A DNA stretch of 64,000 nucleotides from an uncultured Acidimicrobiales bacterium (GTDB lineage Bacteria; Actinomycetota; Acidimicrobiia; Acidimicrobiales; VFJN01), in NCBI GenBank assembly GCA_963842015.1, contig CAWJFG010000026.1:33779-97778 (forward strand), written 5' to 3'. Positions 59,644 through 64,000 of this stretch are shown here, in pieces (position 1 is the stretch's first letter; every line of letters begins with the position of its first letter). Under the pieces are notes generated by a model. The model saw only the letters and a program-made list of their open reading frames with translations, did no database searches and had not been told where the DNA came from. Both the position numbers and the translations under genes were made by a program.

Positions 59644-60416
59644 CGGCGGGCGCAGCGGTACACCCGGGTCGTGTAGGGGAACGGGAACCGGTCGCGGCCG
59701 GCGAGGTCGGGATGGGAGTCGGCCAGGTGGCGAACGCGGGCGAGGACCCGCTGCTTGTCGGCCGGTGGGAGGGACCCGACGACGCTGACCGACTCGGCCC
59801 GCGCCACGAGCAGGTCGGGATCGCAGGGCTGCTCCCAGGCGTGCGCCCAGAGCTGGACCGGGGTGAAGCCGCCCGCCTCGGCGACCACGGCGGCGTAGTC
59901 GACGTCGTAGTAGCTGTCGTAGGGCCGCTCGGCGTCGGGCCCGTCGACCAGCAGGTCACCGAACTGCCGGACCCAGTCGTGGTTGCGATCGCGGGTGTTC
60001 CACACGAGGAAGAGATGCCCGCCGGGCCGCAGGACGCGGCCGATCTCGGCCAGCGCCACCGGCGCGTCGAACCAGTGGAAGGCCTGGGCCACCGTGACGG
60101 CGTCGAAGCCGGCGTCGGGGAGCGGCAGCGCCTCGGCCGTGCCGTCGTGGACCTCGACGTCGGGCAGCGACGCCACCAGCCGCTCGCGCATACCGGCGAC
60201 CGGCTCGACGGCCACCACCTCGGCGCCCGTCGGCACGAGCAGGCGGGTCAGCTTGCCGGTGCCGGCGGCCAGGTCGAGCGCCCGACGGCCGGGGCCGATG
60301 CCGCCGTGGCCCACGATGTGAGCCACGGCCTCGGCCGGGTACGACGGCCTCGCCGCCTCGTAGGCGTCGGCGTTCTGGTCGAACCCCTGCGCTGCGTCCC
60401 TGATCGGCTGTGACAT
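59640..60416 (-). CDS. class I SAM-dependent methyltransferase
   Basis: ATG 60416 follows CAGGAGG. ALDLAAGTGKLT SAM motif I and VLRPGGHLFLVW. The stop overlaps the mutY-like GTG (GTGA). Confidence 0.85.
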   Translation of the reverse strand: MSQPIRDAAQGFDQNADAYEAARPSYPAEAVAHIVGHGGIGPGRRALDLAAGTGKLTRLLVPTGAEVVAVEPVAGMRERLVASLPDVEVHDGTAEALPLPDAGFDAVTVAQAFHWFDAPVALAEIGRVLRPGGHLFLVWNTRDRNHDWVRQFGDLLVDGPDAERPYDSYYDVDYAAVVAEAGGFTPVQLWAHAWEQPCDPDLLVARAESVSVVGSLPPADKQRVLARVRHLADSHPDLAGRDRFPFPYTTRVYRCARR

Positions 60417-60477
60417 CCGGGCCTCCTGTCGTCGACCCCGGACAATACAAGTTGCAGACAAGTGGTGTCGACGAGAC

Positions 60478-60993
60478 CTACTCTCCCGCGAAGACGTCCT
60501 CGCCGTACGGGTAGCGGCGGTCGGGGGCGTGCTCGCGCTTCCACACCATGACCCGGCGGGTGAAGAAGCAGACCTCCTCCTCGCGCTGGTTGATGCCCTT
60601 GGTCTCGACCGTGACGATCCCCCGCTTGCCGTCCGAGGTCTCCTTCTTGTCGAGCACCTTGGTCACGGCGTAGATCGTGTCGCCGTGGAACGTGGGCTTG
60701 GCGTGCCTGAGCGTCTCGACCTCGAGGTTGGCCACCGCCGCGCCGCTGACGTCGGGCACCGACATGCCGAGCACCAGCGAATAGACGAGGTTGCCGACCA
60801 CCACGTTCTGCTTCTGCACCGTGTCGTTCTCCGCGTACCAGGTGTTGGTGTGGAGCGGGTGGTGGTTCATCGTGATCATGCAGAACAGGTGGTCGTCGTA
60901 CTCGGTGATGGTCTTGCCCGGCCAGTGGCGGTAGACGTCACCGACCTCGAAGTCCTCGAAGTGCCGGCCGAACGGGCGGTCGATCGTTGCCAT
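60478..60993 (-). CDS. MaoC-family dehydratase (hot-dog fold)
   Basis: FEDFEVGDVY...ITEYDDHLFCMITMNHHPLHTN...GDTIYA is the MaoC_dehydratas pattern. Confidence 0.9.
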   Translation of the reverse strand: MATIDRPFGRHFEDFEVGDVYRHWPGKTITEYDDHLFCMITMNHHPLHTNTWYAENDTVQKQNVVVGNLVYSLVLGMSVPDVSGAAVANLEVETLRHAKPTFHGDTIYAVTKVLDKKETSDGKRGIVTVETKGINQREEEVCFFTRRVMVWKREHAPDRRYPYGEDVFAGE

Positions 60994-61111
60994 GCCGACA
61001 CGGTACGGAGCGCTACCACCCGGTAGCCAGACCCTGCGACCCCGCTGTCACGTGGCTACCCGGGCGGGTCTACGGTGCGGTCACCGGGCTGGGGAGGACG
61101 AGGAGGCGGCG

Positions 61112-62263
61112 ATGACGGCGGCGAGGAAGGCGGCGATGGCGACGGCGGCGTCCGGCGGACGGCCCTGGCGAGGCGTTCGGCGCGCCGGGGTGGCGGCCGC
61201 GCTGGCCGCGGCTCTGGTGGGCGGCGCCTGCGCGCAGGAGGCCGACGGTCCCGACGCGGCCACGGGTGGCGACCTCGGCGAGTTCGCGGCGACGAGCGAG
61301 TACCTGGCGGACGTGGCCGAGGCGACCGAGGGGCTGTCCTACCGCATGTCGATGGACATGACGATGAGCGTCGACGCCGAGGGCGAGGGCATGGAGGTCG
61401 GCGGGCGGTTCATGACGGGCGAGGTCGACGGCGACCTGTCGGCCATGACCATGGACATGGGCGAGCTGTTCCGGGACATCGCCGACGACGCTCCCGCGGA
61501 CGAGGCGTTCCCCGAGGCGTTCCTCGACGCCGACCTCACCATCGAGATGGTCACCGACGGCACGACGCTCTACATGCGGGCGCCTTTCCTCGAGGCCATG
61601 GCTGACCTGGGCCTCGACTCCGGGGCGTCGCGGGCCGACCTGGGCCCGCTGGCCGACCTGGGCTCGCTCGGCGGCGAGTGGGGCCGCATCGACCTCTCGC
61701 AGCTGTCGATCAGCGAGATCGCCAGCGCCACCGGGGCCCAGACGACCGACCCTCGAGCGTTCCTCGAGATGGCGGCGCGGGCCACCGACGTGCAGGAGCT
61801 CGGGACCGACACGATCGGCGGGACCGAGGTGCGCGGCCTGGGCGCCACGATCACCTACGGCGACATGATCGAGGCGCAGGGCCTGGACGCCGACGACGTG
61901 CGGGACCAGATGACAGGCGGCGCGGGCACGGACGACGCGGAGTTCGACGAGACCTCCGACGCCGTCCTGGAGGCGATGTTCGCCGCCGAGATGCCGGTCG
62001 AGGTGTGGGTCGACGACGACGACCGGGTCCGCCGCGTCGCCATGGACCTGAACATGACCGAGATCATGGCGGGCGTCGCCGAGCTGGAGGGCGAGGACCT
62101 GGGCGACTTCGCGATGTCGATGACGATGGCGATGGACTTCTCCGACTACGGCGCCGAGTCGATCGAGATCGACGTTCCCGACGACGCGGTGGACATCACC
62201 GACGAGTACCTCGCCCTGATCGAGGGCGGCGGCGTGGGCGGGCCGGCGATCGGCAGCACCTGA
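61112..62263 (+). CDS. secreted or lipid-anchored acidic protein of unknown function
   Basis: ATG 61112 follows GAGGAGG. Basic N-terminus, then a hydrophobic stretch AAALAAALVGGACAQ (lipobox-like but not canonical), then a very acidic Met/Asp-rich mature part. Confidence 0.65.
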   Translation: MTAARKAAMATAASGGRPWRGVRRAGVAAALAAALVGGACAQEADGPDAATGGDLGEFAATSEYLADVAEATEGLSYRMSMDMTMSVDAEGEGMEVGGRFMTGEVDGDLSAMTMDMGELFRDIADDAPADEAFPEAFLDADLTIEMVTDGTTLYMRAPFLEAMADLGLDSGASRADLGPLADLGSLGGEWGRIDLSQLSISEIASATGAQTTDPRAFLEMAARATDVQELGTDTIGGTEVRGLGATITYGDMIEAQGLDADDVRDQMTGGAGTDDAEFDETSDAVLEAMFAAEMPVEVWVDDDDRVRRVAMDLNMTEIMAGVAELEGEDLGDFAMSMTMAMDFSDYGAESIEIDVPDDAVDITDEYLALIEGGGVGGPAIGST

Positions 62264-62293
62264 CAGCACGTCAGGGAAATGGGCACCCCGACC

Positions 62294-62315
62294 GCGCCCG
62301 TCTATTTTCGGGCGC
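62294..62315 (+). terminator. 7-bp hairpin with T-rich loop between the secreted-protein gene and the acyl-CoA dehydrogenase gene
   Basis: gcgcccg-tctatttt-cgggcgc, read directly. It ends 1 nt before the ATG at 62317, so it could equally affect translation initiation. Confidence 0.3.
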
Positions 62316-62316
62316 C

Positions 62317-63936
62317 ATGAGCGCCCCCGACCTCGCCGTCCCCGACCTCGACGCCGCCGCGTCCGCCATCGATCTCGCGCGCGACGTCGTCCACCAGGGG
62401 CTGGCGCACGTCGCCGCCACCGGATCGGTCGACGCCGATCAGGTCGTGGCGTACGACCTGGCCCATGCCGCGGCCGCGGTCGAGACCGCCCGCACGCTGC
62501 TCGACTACGGCGCCAAGGGCGACGAGGAGGCGGGGATCACGGTGGCCTTCGCCGCCGACGCCGTCGCCGACGTGGCCGCCAAGCTCTACGGCCGCGAAGC
62601 CGCCTGGGGCGTCGAGCCCGGTGCGCTCGACGGCGCCCGGGCCTTCGTCGCCGCCTACCGCGACCCCGCGTTCCTGGCCTCGATCGAGGGCGCCGGGCCC
62701 CGCCACCTCGACGACGACTTCGAGATGGTGCAGGACGCCTTCCGCCGGTTCGCGGAGGACAAGATCCGCCCGGTCGCCGAGCACATCCACCGCCACAACG
62801 CCGACATCCCCGAGGAGATCATCGGCGGCCTGGCCGAGATCGGTGCCTTCGGGCTGTCGGTCCCCGAGGAGTACGGGGGCTTCGCCACCGGCGGCGAGAG
62901 CGACTACATGGGCATGGTCGTGGCCACCGAGGAGCTGTCGCGTGGTTCGTTGGGGGTGGGCGGCTCGCTGATCACCCGTCCCGAGATCCTCACCCGGGCG
63001 CTGGTCAAGGGGGGCACCGAGGAGCAGAAGCAGCGGTGGCTGCCCAGGCTGGCCAGCGCGGAGGAGATGGCCGCCGTGGCGGTCACCGAGCCCGACTTCG
63101 GGTCCGACGTGGCGCGCATCAAGGTCACGGCCACCAAGACCGATGGCGGTTGGCTCGTCAACGGCGTCAAGACGTGGTGCACGTTCGGGGCGCGGGCGAC
63201 CGTCCTCATGCTCCTGGCGCGCACCGACCCCGACCGGTCGCTGACCCACCGCGGGCTGTCGATGTTCGTGGTGCCCAAGCCGCTGGCCGACGGCCACGGG
63301 TTCGAGTTCACGCAGGCGGCGGGGGCCGACGGCGGCGCCCCGGGCGGCGGGAAGATGGAGGGCCGCCCCATCGACACGATCGGCTACCGCGGCATGCACT
63401 CCTACGAGATCGCCCTCGACGACTGGTTCGTCGCCGACGACAACCTCGTCGGCCTCGAGGGCGGCCTCGGCAAGGGCTTCTACCTGCAGATGGCCGGCTT
63501 CGAGAACGGGCGCCTCCAGACCGCAGCGCGGGCCATCGGTGTGATGCAGGCGGCCTACGAGGACGCCCGTCAGTACGCCCTCGACCGGGCGGTCTTCGGC
63601 CGACCCGTCGCCGAGTACCAGCTCACCAAGGCCAAGCTCGCCCGCATGGCCGTGACGATCCAAGCCGCCCGCCAGTTCAGCTATGCCGTGGCCCGGATGA
63701 TGGCCAAGGGCGAGGGCTCGATGGAGGCGGCCATGGTGAAGGCGTACGTCTGCAAGGCGGCCGAGTGGGTGACCCGCGAGGCCATGCAGATCCACGGCGG
63801 CTTCGGGTACGCCGAGGAGTACGCGGTGAGCCGCTACTTCGTCGACGCCCGGGTGCTGTCCATCTTCGAGGGCGCGGACGAGACCCTGTGCCTCAAGGTG
63901 ATCGCCCGCCGCCTCGTCGAGCAGGCCGCGGGGTAG
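62317..63936 (+). CDS. acyl-CoA dehydrogenase with an N-terminal extension of about 130 aa
   Basis: ATG 62317. ACAD core motifs (AVTEPDFGSDV, TWCTFG, QIHGGFGYAEEY) are preceded by an Ala-rich helical extension. It lies inside the 61678..63936 ORF. Confidence 0.9.
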   Translation: MSAPDLAVPDLDAAASAIDLARDVVHQGLAHVAATGSVDADQVVAYDLAHAAAAVETARTLLDYGAKGDEEAGITVAFAADAVADVAAKLYGREAAWGVEPGALDGARAFVAAYRDPAFLASIEGAGPRHLDDDFEMVQDAFRRFAEDKIRPVAEHIHRHNADIPEEIIGGLAEIGAFGLSVPEEYGGFATGGESDYMGMVVATEELSRGSLGVGGSLITRPEILTRALVKGGTEEQKQRWLPRLASAEEMAAVAVTEPDFGSDVARIKVTATKTDGGWLVNGVKTWCTFGARATVLMLLARTDPDRSLTHRGLSMFVVPKPLADGHGFEFTQAAGADGGAPGGGKMEGRPIDTIGYRGMHSYEIALDDWFVADDNLVGLEGGLGKGFYLQMAGFENGRLQTAARAIGVMQAAYEDARQYALDRAVFGRPVAEYQLTKAKLARMAVTIQAARQFSYAVARMMAKGEGSMEAAMVKAYVCKAAEWVTREAMQIHGGFGYAEEYAVSRYFVDARVLSIFEGADETLCLKVIARRLVEQAAG

Positions 63937-63945
63937 CGACTGCCC

Positions 63946-64000
63946 ATGACCGAAGGACCGCTCGGACCGTTCCCCGACGACTGGCAGCGGGCGTTGGCCG
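63946..64000 (+). CDS. partial CDS, N-terminus only (MTEGPLGPFPDDWQRALA...), function not assignable
   Basis: ATG 63946 lies 10 nt after the previous stop, with an open frame to the window end. Only 18 codons are visible. Confidence 0.3.
   Translation, partial: MTEGPLGPFPDDWQRALA

Overview
This is a densely coding, very GC-rich chromosomal segment; third codon positions are almost uniformly G/C. Its character is actinobacterial: F420-dependent enzyme families, SARP and LAL regulators, and a suf layout with a Rieske gene. No finer taxonomy can be proven from the sequence alone.

I support about 56 protein-coding loci on both strands. I recognise no rRNA, tRNA, CRISPR array, transposase, integrase or phage gene.

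Main content:
- Two tandem pairs of ABC exporter half-transporters (3.4-7.3 kb and 48.8-52.5 kb).
- A split SUF Fe-S assembly system: sufC-sufS-sufU at 21.1-23.8 kb, and sufB-[4-Cys ORF]-sufD-Rieske-sufC at 42.3-46.8 kb. The two upstream regions share a 26-nt palindromic box.
- A PhyH-dioxygenase / HD-oxygenase pair resembling the PhnY*/PhnZ oxidative phosphonate C-P cleavage route, followed by an EEP-family phosphoesterase (23.9-26.0 kb).
- A DGPF protein plus an ECF42-type sigma factor.
- A VapBC toxin-antitoxin pair.
- Three large STAND-type regulators: LuxR-LAL, cyclase-like/AAA/TPR, and SARP/AAA/TPR.
- A roughly 1170-aa GMC-oxidoreductase / unknown-domain / alpha-beta-hydrolase fusion with a Cys (GHCVG) nucleophile elbow, divergent from the SARP gene.

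At least six conserved genes change reading frame by one nucleotide mid-gene: the DAGK-like kinase, the PhnY*-like gene, the ECF42 sigma factor, the STAND regulator, the SARP and sufD. This looks more like indel error in the assembly than gene decay, but it cannot be decided without reads.

All product calls rest on my recognition of motifs in the supplied translations. No database search was run.
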